A stretch of DNA of 62,101 bases, counting the filler, from Hausera hauseri (lineage: Eukaryota), in the NCBI GenBank assembly GCA_046269625.1. It is 10 parts of 10 records of this genome, joined end to end, with 100 filler letters (N's around TTAATTAATTAA, not from the genome) between each part and the next. Parts side by side here need not be neighbours in the genome. Positions count along the whole stretch, not along the records: positions 12,487 to 16,988 come from JBJURY010551673.1; positions 17,089 to 21,964 come from JBJURY010406145.1; positions 22,065 to 26,051 come from JBJURY010838081.1; 7 more parts are not named here. One strand, 5' to 3'. Position numbers and translations under genes: made by a program. The notes beneath the pieces were generated by a model. The model did no database searches. It was not told the DNA's origin and worked only from the letters and a program-made list of their open reading frames with translations. Position 1 is the stretch's first letter. Each line of letters opens with the position of its first letter. Below, in pieces: positions 12,487-26,151 of this stretch.

Positions 12487-15430
12487 ATTCAGCGACATGA
12501 ACTTTTCCGTCCGTCCCTGGGAATATTCGCGATACCCTTCCTATAGGCCACTGTCCTCTTTTATTGTTCTCATCTAGCAACCAAACCTCTTCACCAACCA
12601 TTAAGTTTTCACTACCAGAATCCCATTTCGTTCTATCTCTCCATTTAATTAGCAATTCTTTTCGCCATCTTACTCAGTATTGATCGACTAAGCTCTGCAC
12701 GTATCTCCAGCGCCTGTTCATATGTCCTTTCGTAGTCCCCGTTAAACTCACGTTTATCTCTACTTAATAACCCGCTATTATAAAATGATTAGGTGACAAT
12801 AAGACATCATCTCTGACATCTCCAAATGATACGGTTAAAGGTCTTGAATTTAGTATCGCTTCCACCTCGATCAATGCGGTATTTAATTTCTCATCATTAA
12901 TTTCTGCATTCGATAGTATCTTATATAATGCTTTCTTATCAGCTTTTATCATCGCTTTAAATACTCCTCCAAAATGTGGTGCTGAAGGTGGGTTAAATAT
13001 CCATCTAATCTCCGCGTGTTCTAATTCTTGCTTTAGCCGGTATAAGTCGACGTGTATTTCCACAACTTCATTATTGGCGCCTACAAAATTGGTTCCGTTA
13101 TCTGTTAACACAAGAGATGGTCTTCCTCGTTTAGCCATGAATCTTTGAAAGGCTCTTATAAAGGCATCTGTCTCTGTGTTTGTAGCAACTTCTAAATGTA
13201 CGCCTCTGCTCATTAGGCAACTAAATAAGCAAATGTACCTTTTCTCTCTAGGTCTACCTCGCCCTTGTTTTGTAAATATGGGACCAGCATAATCTATTCA
13301 AACTTTATCGAAGGCTTTTAAAGGCTCTTGCAATCGAAATTCTGGGATTGGTGCCATTTTAACTTTTATTCCTTTAGCGCTATATCCTCTGCATGTCTTA
13401 TAATAAGCGTTGTAACTTTTAACCAACTTCCTTAACCTGGGAATCCAATATCTTTGTGAAACCTCTGCTGTTTCTTGATTTATTCCTACACAATGCTTCA
13501 ATTTTATGTGATAGTTTTCCACGATGAGTTTTGCTATTTTACCTTTATTTGATAGGATTGCTAGGTATTTAAACTCTCACAACAAGAATTCACTCGTTAC
13601 TAATTTACTATTACTCCTAATTAATCCATCTACTGTAATTACTGGATTGGATTTTCTAATCAAACTTTTTCCCTTTAATTCTGCTCCTCTTTCCAACATT
13701 TTCCGCCCTTCAGCTAGTCCGTTGTTTTGACCTTCCTTCAATAATTGTACTCTAACTCTTTTAAATAATTGGCTCTCTTCTTCATCCCTCTGATCATAAG
13801 TTTGATGATTTCTCAGTTCTTCAACATTTGTGTTTATAAGTTGATTCCATCAGGAACTTTCTTCCTCTCTCTGTGCTGATTTGGTTTCGCCTGTTAAAAC
13901 AGTCGTATGTAGCGTGAAGTTTCTCTTTTCTTTATCAATTCCTCTATAAAAGTCGGTTGCATGGGCCACGTTTCTTTTGTTTTTCTTAAAAATTCCGGCC
14001 CTGCCACCATAACTGGTTCTCAGCTAGTTGGATTATCGTAAAACTTCTAGTTAAAACGTTGCATGGTTAATTTTTATCGGAACATACCTCCATTGAGCCC
14101 CTTTTGACTCTTCGTGAATATAGCTAATTCTATTGGCTACGAAGGTTTTATACAATTTTTCGTGTTGCCTCACCCAGTGTAGTACGTTAATACTGTCACT
14201 CCAATAACACAACTTCTTGTTATCGTACTCTAATGCCGTCGAAATCTTTTGTCCTGCTTTTATTCTTATCACAGCAGCTAATACCTCCAACCGTGGTACC
14301 GATACCACCTTTGTAGGTGATATTTTACTTTTTGCGACTATTATGTTGCTGTTTTTTATGCCCCGTGGTGACCAAGTAAGCAACTGCTCCATAAGCACCT
14401 TTTGACGTATCGCAATTTATATGTATTTCGTATTGTGACTGATCGGATATTAAAACCCATTTTATTTGAATCTGATCTAAATCCTGTTGTTCCAATACCC
14501 ATTCTTTTGCTCGTTTGATTAAGTGGTCTGGGAGTTGTTCATCCCAATCTGCGCCATACATCCACACGTCTTGAATAATCAATTTTCCTCTCATTAAGTA
14601 GCTACTAAGAAATCCTAATGGATCAAATATTTGAGCTACTGAATTCAAAAATTTTTTTGTAGTAACCTCTTCTGACTGGACTCTCTTATCGAAGGAAAAA
14701 ACATCACTGTTAGCGTTTCACCTCATACCCAGAGTTTTTGTCCTCGTCTCCTCATCGACAATTTGATAACACGCTGATCTTTCATCTTCCAGTATTATTT
14801 CTCGTAATATCTCGGAATTGGAGACCCATTTTCTCGCTGACATACTGGCTTGACTCCACAACCATTTTAGATCACGATACAGTTTTACTGCCTCATTTTC
14901 TGTCTTAACAGACACCAAGCTATCATCCATGTACGTAGCGTTTTTAACAACCCATGCCGCTTCAGGTACACGTTTTGTGTGTTTCTCGGCGTTTACACGA
15001 CTTACTAATTGTGCTAAGTATGGTGATGTATTCAGTCCAAATACTAATCTTTGAAATTCATAGACTTTCTCGATATTCCCTTCTTTCCAGAGAAATCTTA
15101 AGTATCTTCGGTCTTCCTGTGCCACTCCAATCTGTAGAAACATTTCTGTAATATCACACACCATAGCAATTTCGTATTTTCTAAACCTGATTAATATATC
15201 TACTAAATCTAATTGCAACTTTGGTCCTTGGTGGATCATATCATTCAAACTAAGATTTATGCTTTTTGAGGCTGCGTCGAACACTATTTTAATTTCTGTC
15301 ATTTCTGCATCTCTTCATACAACCGGAATGTGTGGTAAAATCCATCCTGTCATATTGGCTTTCAGTTCTTCAATGATGTTCTTAATATACCCCTTCCTTT
15401 CGTGCTCGTCTATTTGTTTCTAGTACCTTC
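12487..15430 (-). mobile_element. pol: BEL/Pao LTR retrotransposon pol remnant (RT 14718-15430, RNase H/Peptidase_A17 14051-14700, integrase 12487-13560)
   Basis: IVFDAAS..SLND..QGP.LQ, YMDD, FDPLG, AKSKISP...VPRLE, WSDS, VHLEVA, DNGTNFVGA, PSAPHFGG, LNSRPL; disrupted by stops and frameshifts. Confidence 0.95.
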
Positions 15431-16252
15431 CTTCAAGTTGTTTAAATATAATTGGGATTATAGCGTTATCCTTAAGTCAAAGTTCATAACGTAAACATTT
15501 TAACGATTTTTCTCTGAAGGGGAGTCCGTCTGGCGGTATGGTACGTATACCCGGCGCAAGTTTTTCACTAGTCTCAAATTCCAACAGCTTAATATTTCCT
15601 CTCAAAAATTATATCGATTTCTAATATCAAATTGTATTCATTATTCATTGATCAAAGAAATTATTTATACATAATAACCCAAGATTATTTTTCATTTTTG
15701 CTTATGAAGTAATTAAAATGTTATCGCAATCGGACAAAATTATCATATAATACTGGTAAGAAAATTGATGTTATATCCGTATAATTGCATAAAATTATTC
15801 ACCAAAGAATAACAACATCGAGTTAACATATTTACGTTGTCGTCATATTTAAACAACATTTATCCCGTAGCAACCGAAGGTAGATTTCTCAAATTCTGTT
15901 ATACTTGCCAATGACTAAGATAATGACCCTTGTTTATTTTAAACGTTATAAATCTTTCTATTCCAGCTATCCTATTTATCCTCATCTTTTACATTATAAT
16001 CTCTCAGTAAGTCTATCCTAATCTGTTGTAGCTTCAGCAAATATTGGTAGTCATGCATGGTGATCTCAATCCGAGGAGACTGATAATCTAATAACTATTA
16101 TATCGCTCTTTTCGCTCTTAACATTCTCACCATTATTCTACTATTCTTATTACTATCATAATCAACTGATGTATCAAATATTGTACCAATTGCAATATCG
16201 ACCTTTATCATTGACATTCGAGATTTCTTAATGGAGTACTTCGTAGCTGTAG

Positions 16253-16988
16253 TTAGAAAATGGCTTCAAATGTTTTGTTGTCAAAAGCGTAGTCGAATAT
16301 CAGTGTTGCCAAATTATGTCTACCTTGTCGTATAGCGAGTAACAAAGGAATATCTCCATCAATATTGGGTATATGTAATGGTGCTTGTGATTGAATGAGC
16401 ATGAGTATGAAGAAATCATGACATTCATTCATAATAGCTAAGTAAATGATAGTATTACCATTTGTGTCTTGGAATCTCAGCGCTTCTGCTGCTTCATCGT
16501 CTAACTGAGTTACAGCTTCTCTAGCTCTTTCTTCATTTCCGGACGCTACTGCTAGTATTAATGGGGTTGCTCCAGCGTTGTTCACTGTTGTATAATCTAT
16601 TGAATTAGCTGGTTCATCGATACATCCTAACATATATCGTTCTGCTTTTGGTAGAATTTGTTCCTCGTAAGTTTCGACATAAGGGTAATATTCCTCTTCT
16701 TTAATTATTGATAACCATTTTTCATCACCATAAATTTCAAGATCGTACTCTAAACTAGTTAGAGGAATTTCGAATGGACTATTGTCATCAGGTGTTGGTC
16801 TGTGGGAGATGTGTTTCTTCTCTCGTATTTATGTTTGTATACGCATATAGCGATGATTGTTGCTGTGATAAGTATGACAGTAATATGTATTACTATTACT
16901 ATAATTAGGAGGTTATTATAATTCAATTGAAATCGTAATGATTCGACTGACGGTGATATGACGTTCGATGTTTCATTACTTTTAGAAG
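16253..16988 (-). pseudogene. Single-pass membrane protein with cytoplasmic ankyrin repeats (one frameshift after the TM segment)
   Basis: NNAGATPLILAV, DTNGNTIIYLA, NIDGDIPLLLAI repeats; the ANK frame is open upstream to ~16826; hydrophobic LLIIVIIHITVILITATIIAICVY at ~16840-16910 lies in another frame. Confidence 0.7.
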
Positions 16989-17088
16989 NNNNNNNNNNNN
17001 NNNNNNNNNNNNNNNNNNNNNNNNNNNNNNNNTTAATTAATTAANNNNNNNNNNNNNNNNNNNNNNNNNNNNNNNNNNNNNNNNNNNN

Positions 17089-17470
17089 TTTAGATGACCA
17101 ATGGATTCTTCGGGGTTTATAACCAACGGGATAGACGCGACTGAGATTATGGTAATTACCCGAATGAATCTGTTGTGGCAGCAGCTGGGCAATGGATAAC
17201 AGAATAAGTGATTCAATTCGTAAATTAAAACTACGATTATCGTCATCTATAACTAAGGCGACTTTTCGGGACTCGTCTCGTGAAATGTACACTGGCCTAT
17301 CGACGGTAAGCGAATTCGACGGCAAACCGAGGTCTTTACCGAAATATGCCGGACAATACATAGTTTTATCGGTATAATAAACGCAATTTTTCTTCCGGGT
17401 ACAAGGCGCATAGGATTTCGACGTACATCGAAAATAAAAACATCCGATATCCGCACCGGACTTGCCACAC
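17089..17470 (-). pseudogene. KMT2C: KMT2C/D (MLL3/4, trithorax-related) fragment: extended PHD plus start of FYRN
   Basis: [15 protein letters not shown]...C...DKTMYCP...[14 protein letters not shown]...[14 protein letters not shown]...PVGY..RIHWS parallels MLL3/4; some Zn-ligand His residues are lost. Confidence 0.8.
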
Positions 17471-17511
17471 GATGAACCGATGGTTTTCGTGGCGAACTCA
17501 AATGAGTCGGA

Positions 17512-17760
17512 AGCATTGTTGCTGACAATGGCTAAATCTTTAATCTTTGTTTTAACAAGCGCATCAATTAGATTCACCGGAATACCACAAATTCCTAAAT
17601 CTCCTACAAGTAACGTCCATCCACTTGTAATCTTTTATTGCATCTACGGTGTAGTACAAATCGGTTTTACAGATAGAGCATACGAAGTTGACAAGAATCT
17701 ATCTAATGAAAATTTGATTCGTTTACCAACTGAGGTTGAGAAAAGAAAAGTTTTCAACAT
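17512..17760 (-). pseudogene. OXCT1: Succinyl-CoA:3-oxoacid CoA-transferase N-terminal fragment
   Basis: [43 protein letters not shown] matches SCOT GGFGLCGIPENLIDAL...VSNNA; frameshifted and truncated after SNNA. Confidence 0.85.
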
Positions 17761-17799
17761 CGTAACTACAAAGATTAGTTTTGATAAAAATGAAATTTT

Positions 17800-18636
17800 A
17801 TTATATGGAAAATTGCAAATTACTTTAAAATACATCATCTGACTCGATGGAAGGATCTGACTAAGAGCGTTCTTGTGAAAATACATATTGAAGCTGACGC
17901 TGTGTAACGACATACGACTTTTACTGTTAGCACTTAAATGACTGTTCGTTTTACTCAATCGACCATGGGATTCACTCTTAGTGTCAAAATGTCGCTCTGG
18001 ATAAAGTTTCACATGAAGATAACGATTCAAATTCACCAAATTCTTGGAGGAATTTGATAAATTATTTTGATATTTCATGTAAATCAACAACAGAAAACGT
18101 ACGATTGAAACTGTAACTCCCGCACCAGCAACTATCCATGAATCTGATTCACAGTTCTCAGCAATTGTGTCCACAGTGTATGGATTGATCCTGGCAAGCG
18201 ATTTATCATCACAAATCATAATTTCCGTCGATATTTTCTCAACAAGTTCCACGATCTGCGAACCACGCAATGTTGTAATAATGAAGTGCAACAAATGTTC
18301 CGTGTCACACAGATTGAACATCGTTTCCAATGCAAAAGAAGCACGATGGCAACGAAGAAATAAGTTTCGTTTCAACAGTTCATTTCCAGGCAGTTCCTCG
18401 GAGAATGCATCCAACAATGTTTCTAAATTAGAATTAATACAATTCACAATGACAGCAACAAAATCCCAGTGAAAATCTTGGACTATTGTACACGGCTGTG
18501 AATATCTGTTGACCAATTTCCAAGCCAGTATAGCAACAATATCGCAATTGTGGTCGGTCATGTTAATGATGAATTTGAATACTTTCGAATTATTTATCGA
18601 ATATTTGAGACAACAAAGTTTTGTTTCTGGCACCAT
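17800..18636 (-). CDS. Uncharacterised helical protein fragment
   Basis: Part of a 330-codon ORF with protein-like composition; no motif recognised. Confidence 0.4.
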
Positions 18637-19790
18637 TTTATTGAGTATTTAAATAAATTACTGTATTTCACAAAATTTCGGTATCAATTCGAAGAGGAAA
18701 ATATCAATTCAATGAGATAGTAAAATGCTTCAACGTATGGTTTTAGAGTAGATCCGCCAAAAAACGCAATTCCGATATTTGCAAAATGTTATTGGAATGA
18801 GAAAATACGATTGAAATCACAAAATTCAAAATTAGCAATCGATAAATCAAGATGGAGAACAATTTTTTTATTCATCAAATTTTTCACTCTTTTTACTTTA
18901 TAATATTAAAACAAAAAAAACAATTCCCCTGGTCGCATATAAATTGTCTCTGGCACTTAAACGAAAACCCCTGTTGGCAGCTCTGTCAATAGTGTAAAGG
19001 GATTGCGGCCGTTTTAACCAAAGTTCATAATATCGATTATCAATTGACTTGATATCTGCACATGGAATACGCGTTGTTTTTTGTGTGATGTTGGCTTTGC
19101 CCACTACGTTCACCACTTTCATCAGTAACGATAAAACATTGACATCTGCAGAAAACAAAAAAATAGCATCAAAATAATAACCGTATTTTTTTTAACTTCC
19201 ATCTTGGCGTGGAAAAAGTAAAATAAAACTAAATTAATTATGTAAAGTATTTAAATGTGCGATTGTGTAACAATCCAATCGAGTCTTCATATTTTAATAC
19301 CCATTATGTAATTCAGTATTGGATTGTCCGATTATTCTGTAGATTTGAATTTAATTCTTAACTCCGTGGATAATGCAGAGATGAAAACTTAGCCATTTAA
19401 ATTGTACGTTTCATTCGACATGAACTGACTTTAATTGAGAAAAGTGAATCGAGGTTGCTGTTGCTGCTGCAGTTGATATTGATGCGACTAGCGGTTGAAT
19501 TGGTTGTGATTGCTGTTGTGTCATTTGATGTTGCATCTAATGTTGTTTCTGTTATTGTATCTGTTATTGTTGTTGTTTTCTATAGTATCACTGTAAAAGA
19601 CACCATAAACAGCATTTGAGTGCCGATTTATTGAAATCGTCTTTAGTATTTAGCGTGTAGAACAATTCGAATTTTTGTAGTGGGATTTTGTGATATGAAA
19701 TTTCCACAAATCGGGAATTTGCACGGCCATGAGGTACAATTTTACATAGGATACGGATTCTTCAAATATCGAACCGAGAGGTTGTGAATT

Positions 19791-21961
19791 TTATGAAGTG
19801 AACAAAGGACATTGGCACGTGAGACCGAGTTGTTCCAGGGGTTTCAGATATTTCGATCTGCTGTAGTCATTAAATTTGCTGATGTGCAAATCATTTAGCT
19901 GACTAAACCAAAAATCGTTGTCAATAGTATCACTAAAATGCACGGCACTTTCTGTAGAATTCTTCTTTGGATAATTGATATTTTTAACTTTGCTGATTCG
20001 CATGTATTCATGAAATAAAAGTAAATGACGGCAAACAGCCACGATAATACAGACATTGTTAAAAGAAATACTATAAACGTTTGGAATAATTGAATTCAAT
20101 AATTGTGTTGCATGGTCCACATCCTACGACATAAACATCGATGACAATAAGTTTAACCGTTGTTTCTGATGGGTTGAATTCATGACTGTCTGTTAGAAGT
20201 TTCTTCTAGAGTTTCGTAATCAACTGTCTGAGCACGGATTGGGATTTTTAGTTATTTTCTACATATTATCGAATCAATTGAGTTTTAGTAGCATTCAAAT
20301 GTTTTGGTCTTCAAGGTAGAAAATCGGGGCCTGCCTATGCGCCCGACGCACCGTCGGCGAAAAACTCGACCGTGCCCAACCGAATGGGCCGGAGAGCAAC
20401 GGTCGACGCCGGCACCACAGCCAATCATGATTGTTTGTAAGAATGTCTGTAAACTGCTTTTGACCCTTCTGCACATAGTAAATCAAGATAATATCAATAA
20501 TTCGACTTGGAAAATGGTCTATGAAGTCGAGCTCTTGGAAGAACGCCAAGTCAGTTTCACTAGCAAGGTATCGTGCAGGTGGAAGAACTGACTCCAAAAG
20601 TCCGAAAAATGAAATAGCAAAATGCCCACTCGCTAAATCTTGTCCACTTAAGTTAAGTTTGTCTTTGTTCTCAATCACAAATCTGACTGCATCAAGAATA
20701 CGAGTGAATACTTCATCATAGTCAGTTCGGTTAATGACGTGCTTCGACATCATGGAATCCATATTGCCACCGGGCAGACAATTTTTCTTTACAATCCCAG
20801 CAGTAACAATGTAGTAATATACAGTGGTAGTGTCAGTCAATAATTTGCATTTCTGCATAAATGACAGGTTTTAGATCGAGTAATGGTGATGGCGCATCGG
20901 GAAAATGATGCACTAGCAAATTATGTTGTAACTGAGCTGACAACAAAACGGATTGTTCGTAGAAGTGATTCATGAAAGAGTTAAACACAGAAAGAAATTG
21001 GGCAATTAGCAGTGGCAAATTTGATGGTCCAGAACTGACGTAAGTTTTAACGCAGTCGAGAACGCCCATACATTTATGGAACGCTAGCACGTATAACGAT
21101 GCCAACGACCGACGGGGCTTTTTTATATTGTGAGACTGAAACAAATTATCGACGGAAAACACAAATTTACAAATGAGCCGCACTATTTCAAAGGCGACGG
21201 GCTCATTGAATATGTCATTGGCGTAGAGAAAGTCTAACAAAAACCTGTATCCAGCGACCATCATCATTGTACAGAATCGCAATATGCTATCTATATCGGT
21301 AATATCCATAGAACAATGGCTAAGCAATTGTATCAGCTGTTTTCCTTCTTCCAGTTCCATTAATGCATTCCACTTTTTATATCTTCATCAGTTCTACCGA
21401 CAACATGTGCGATGGCGAGTAAATAATTTTGATCGACGAAGTATTTACAACGAAATCAGTGAGAAAACTCCGTACAACTGTCATCACATCTTTGGAATGT
21501 TTTAATGTTTTTAACATTTGATGCTCAAATGCACATATTGCAGTCAATGTCGATTTTTTGCTAGAATATAGTTTTGATACCTTTAAGATAAAATTTTGAG
21601 CTGTAATTTGAAAATATATCAATCCATCTTGAATGCTTCTTGGCGCAATAGATAGAACGTTGGAATTTTTGAATTCAGTTTTACAAGATTTCAACTCATT
21701 GGTCAACACTTGCTCCCTCAATATTCTTATGAAATCTTTTACATTATTACTCATATCATCTTCAATTAAAATATTCATAGACTGCAACGCGATTTGGTTT
21801 TTTGATCTGTACGTTTCAAAACAGTCTTGATCACATTCGGTTAGGTTTAGAAGCTCCTTTGAAATATCTGATTTTAAAGCTGATTTTTTGATAAGGTATA
21901 AGCTTTCAATATTTAACAATTCTATAACACAACTGATAAAATCTAGATCCAGTGAGTTCAA
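19791..21961 (-). CDS. Uncharacterised multi-exon gene with very short intron(s), possibly disrupted
   Basis: Consecutive same-strand ORFs; a 25-nt GT-AG intron at 21373-21397 joins ORF 21377-21961 to ORF 20833-21360 in phase 0. Confidence 0.55.
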
Positions 21962-22064
21962 TTCNNNNNNNNNNNNNNNNNNNNNNNNNNNNNNNNNNNN
22001 NNNNNNNNTTAATTAATTAANNNNNNNNNNNNNNNNNNNNNNNNNNNNNNNNNNNNNNNNNNNN

Positions 22065-23850
22065 CGCACCAATTTCAAGGGGGGCTATAGGGTTTTGTGC
22101 CAGAACTCTCATTTTTCCTCTACTATGGCTCACTAATCCGGATGGGATTAATTTAAAGTTGGCGGAGAGAGTACTTAACATGTAAAGGGAATTTCGATGT
22201 TGTTGATTACAACTGAGCTTTTGTTCGGGATAACTGCAATGTTGTAATGTTTTATACGTCGGATAACGATAAAAACATTTGGGTTCAAGTTCTCCATAAT
22301 GCTGAATGCATGAGTTGTTCTAGCTGGTCTAGTATAAACATCCAGCTTTACTTTTCCTTCACATGTTCAGCGCTACCGTTAGCGCATCTAAATCTTGTTT
22401 CCGAAGGATAGACAGCAAGATTTGGATTTTCGGCTTTGATCTTTTCCACAAATTTGCAACTAATTACGTTTAGGCCTCTACCGGTATCAAACATTACATT
22501 TAATGATATTCCTGCAATTTTACAATTAATAATTGTTTGTTTTCACACTTATTGTCACCTGATATAGACGTCGTCTTTGTCAGGCTTTATCGGTGATTTT
22601 CCTTTTCCATTCATATACCGAACCCATTTATCTAAGTCGATATTTTTAACTTGTTTATGTGTCAGCGTTTTATCGATGAAACTCTTTTGACGCATTTTCT
22701 GCTTCAGTTTTTGTGTTTTTGATCTTGAAGAATGTCAACGCAAATTTTCTGTTCTTTAATGTTACCAGTAGATTGTGTCACGGCATTTAACTAATATTTA
22801 TGATAAATTGATTGAGCTGTAACACTTTATTAATCAGATTATCTATGTCTGACTGAATATAAGAATCGTCACGAACTTCTTTATAGAGACGCACATTCCT
22901 GCCTTTTACATTGTTTTTACAGTGTTTAGCAAAGTGTTGTCCTTTGCATAAACAGCGTTTTTTACTCGCACAAAATTTTGCTAGACGGTTTTCCTTGCAA
23001 AAGAAATATTTCAAATCCTTGCGAAATTTTCTGGGCTTTCTGCTTCTCTCCGAATACGATTTGTTTTGAATTTCTAATTCCTTTATTTTAATCTCCAAAG
23101 TCTCCATTTCTCTTTGTAGTTTCTCTACTATTTGGTTGTTGGAGTTGCTGGAATTGTTCATTGCTTGGAAGATACTGAAAATCATCAACTGGTGATCTTT
23201 CTGTTTCATAATATTTATTTCTGTAATGACTCCACTTTTCTTGCAAAATTGTAACAAAATTATAGGGAATATGTGGACTCGTTGTTTCTGATTTCCGCAA
23301 CAAATGGTGCATTTCGTGCTTTAGAATGTATGTTTGTCTGAGTGGCGAATGATAGTTTAAGGCCAATACAAAACGTTGCATATATGCGTCAGAAATCCCC
23401 CCACAGATTTTTATGTGTAGAGGTCCTGTCGGATAATTACTTGTGCGACCTTAACTTGTCTGGAATGATTTGAATTTGTTTGTCTGGTATTCGTAGAGTT
23501 ACTTGCAAAATCCGATTATTTTTACTGGTGTCAGCTAAGATTCTATGGTGTTAATCGTGAAGCTATGTGCATGTAAAAGTTCTGCATAAAGTTTAAAGCT
23601 TTGGGAGTGCTCGTCATTGATAAGTAAGACATCGTCCAAGTAAACGAACACAAATAATGTGTTTTTTCTTCATCTTCGTCAATTTTCTCGTCCTTAAGTA
23701 ATTTATTTAACTGCTGTAGAGATGCGATTTTTAAATCTGTAGGTAATGATGCCAATTTAGCGTTTCGGAGACCTTTACAGAAACTTTTTAGCATTAAATT
23801 TGCTTTATTTTCTCGAACTGCAAAAGTTGAAATTGTTATTTTGAATTAAT
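22065..23850 (-). pseudogene. gag: Gypsy-like gag-protease remnant
   Basis: LKSFCKGL capsid motif, degenerate CCHC knuckle CLCKGQHFAKHC, aspartyl protease VMFDTG at ~22480. Confidence 0.75.
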
Positions 23851-23999
23851 TACGTTTATTGAATTCTTTCACCGTTTTCCTTCATAATTTTATTCATTTT
23901 CAGATTACATTTTGCTTTCAAACGTTTTCTTCCTTTATCTCCCACTTCTAACTAGTGGTAATAGTTGAAGGTGGGCCTTATTCAACACCCAACTATAAC

Positions 24000-24840
24000 A
24001 ATTATGAAACTAAGCAGATAAGTCCTAACGTTTTCGTTAGAATGTTTGCACTAGTTTAGGATGCGTGTACTGCGTGCTGTGCCTTGCGTAATTTAGAAAA
24101 TCTCAACTTAACTATAAAGTTTAATACGAATTTAATCCTTAATGTAGTACAAGTCCCTCGTACGGAGCGACGAAAACTATAGAAGAATTTTAAAATAAAA
24201 ATTTGACAAAACAAAAATATATACCGGACGATACAGTTGTCGGATTAACAATCAATAACGGTTTCAAGTCTTCAAATAATCAACTGCGGAATCCCTTGAG
24301 TAATACTTGAATATTGTATAGCGCTTCAATCGCTCGGACAATTTCAGTCTTCTGTAGTATCTGGATATTAAAGCCTTTCCAATAGCTCAATACAATTCAA
24401 CTTAAACTTCACTACTGTTTCGGGTAACTGATTTGGGTCTGCCTTATATAGTTGGCAGTCCCGAGCAATAATTTTTCAATTATTATTTACAAATATTTTA
24501 CAATTCCATTCCATTTTTTCGTTATTTAACGAATAATCAACAATTCTCTTTTCCAATAAACTATTTTCATATTTACAGATTTACTGATTAATTTTGGATA
24601 ATAATAATTTTTCATTTTCAATACTTAGTTTTGATTTCACTTTCGGTTTCGTTTTTCAGTTTTGTTTTGATTTACATATGTACAATTACATTATACGGCC
24701 ATTTTACAACACTAGGAACAAGAACTTTTACTTATTGAATTAAATTACTTCTAATATTGTACATTTTAAGGAACAAATACTTTTGTTAAGTAGGGGGATG
24801 TGAGTGCACTGCGCCAAGCATAATTTCCTATCTTGAGACA
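24000..24840 (-). mobile_element. Putative LTR/leader of the adjacent gag remnant
   Basis: On the minus strand TGT follows the purine run GGAGGAGGG at 24841-24849 and TATATAAG lies at ~24443-24450; boundaries uncertain. Confidence 0.3.
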
Positions 24841-24859
24841 CCCTCCTCCTGGGGATCGA

Positions 24860-26051
24860 TAAATTGATACTGCACATGTGCCAATCGATAGTACACCCGG
24901 AGCACTATCGATCCAAAAAGTGCCTGGCAACGGTGCTGTTAGGTACCGTTGCTAAGGGCACTTTTGCGCTTTTCACAAATCGATTGCTGCACAGTGCATT
25001 ATTGATAGAATCGATCTGTGCTTTATGCTAATCGGTAGTGCACTTGAGTGCACATCGATTGGTGCAAGTGCAAGTGTGCAGCACATTTGCAAGTGTGCAA
25101 AAATCAATAATATTGGATTTTCGAGATTTTAAAAATCGATCATTAGCACTCGGGATTGGGTGCAATCGGTAGTGCACTTGATGTTGTATGTGAATGTGCA
25201 ATTAGAATTTAAATCGATTGATTGGTTTTCGAATAATTCGCAAGTGGGGCAGAACCGCCACAAACCTTTCCGCTATAAATTTTAAATCAATAATCTCAAA
25301 ATGGCACATATAAAGGCATGTGCAGTACTTGATGTAGTATCGAATGGTGCACAATTCGAGTGTGCTGTGTTTATTGATCGGTGTGCAAGAGCACTTTTTC
25401 ACTTTACACACTTTTGCAATTGTGCAGCGTAGGATTTATGGAATTGATCGGGGTCAAGTGCAGTTAGGTAGAGCACATCGAGATGCACCTTGGTGGGTGG
25501 TGTGCAGTGCAAAAACATATGTGCAAGTGTGCAAAAATCAATATCGAATTTCCGATATTTCCAATATGGATGATTAGCACCCGTGACCGGGTGCAATCGG
25601 AAGCAAACATGATATAGTATATGAATGTGCACTTAGAATTTAAATTTATTGATTAGTTATTGATTAATATCGATGGAAAGTGCAAATTTGGTTATTTTTC
25701 CAGTTTTTTAAGCCTAGGGAAGCAAAATTCAACCCAACATTGAGCGCGGACAGATAGGAAATCGAGTATGCCGAACTCGAATATCGAGTTGAAAGATTGA
25801 TATTCGAAGATTTTCGAACTCGAAAATCGAAATTCGAACTATTCGAAAAATCTGATGGGAGGAATCGATTCCTCATATTCGAAAACCCCCATGTGCATAA
25901 AAATTATTTAATGAAAATGTACTATATAGATACAAAATCAATATTTCGAATTAAGCAAAATGTACATTTAAAGTGCAATGAAGCGGAAATCGATAAATGT
26001 AATAGCGGGACAGGATAGGAAGTCGTATGTGCTGAATCGGAATATGAAGTT
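24860..26051 (+). repeat. Palindrome-rich satellite, same family as 7090-7925
   Basis: AATCGATAGTACACCCGGAGCAC, GCAAGTGTGCAAAAATCAA and ATGTGAATGTGCAATTAGAATTTAAATCGA units. Confidence 0.85.
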
Positions 26052-26151
26052 NNNNNNNNNNNNNNNNNNNNNNNNNNNNNNNNNNNNNNNNNNNNTTAAT
26101 TAATTAANNNNNNNNNNNNNNNNNNNNNNNNNNNNNNNNNNNNNNNNNNNN

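Noticed and set aside
18898-19158. Possible exon after a ttttctgcag acceptor
   Set aside because: No recognisable homology or linkable neighbouring exons.
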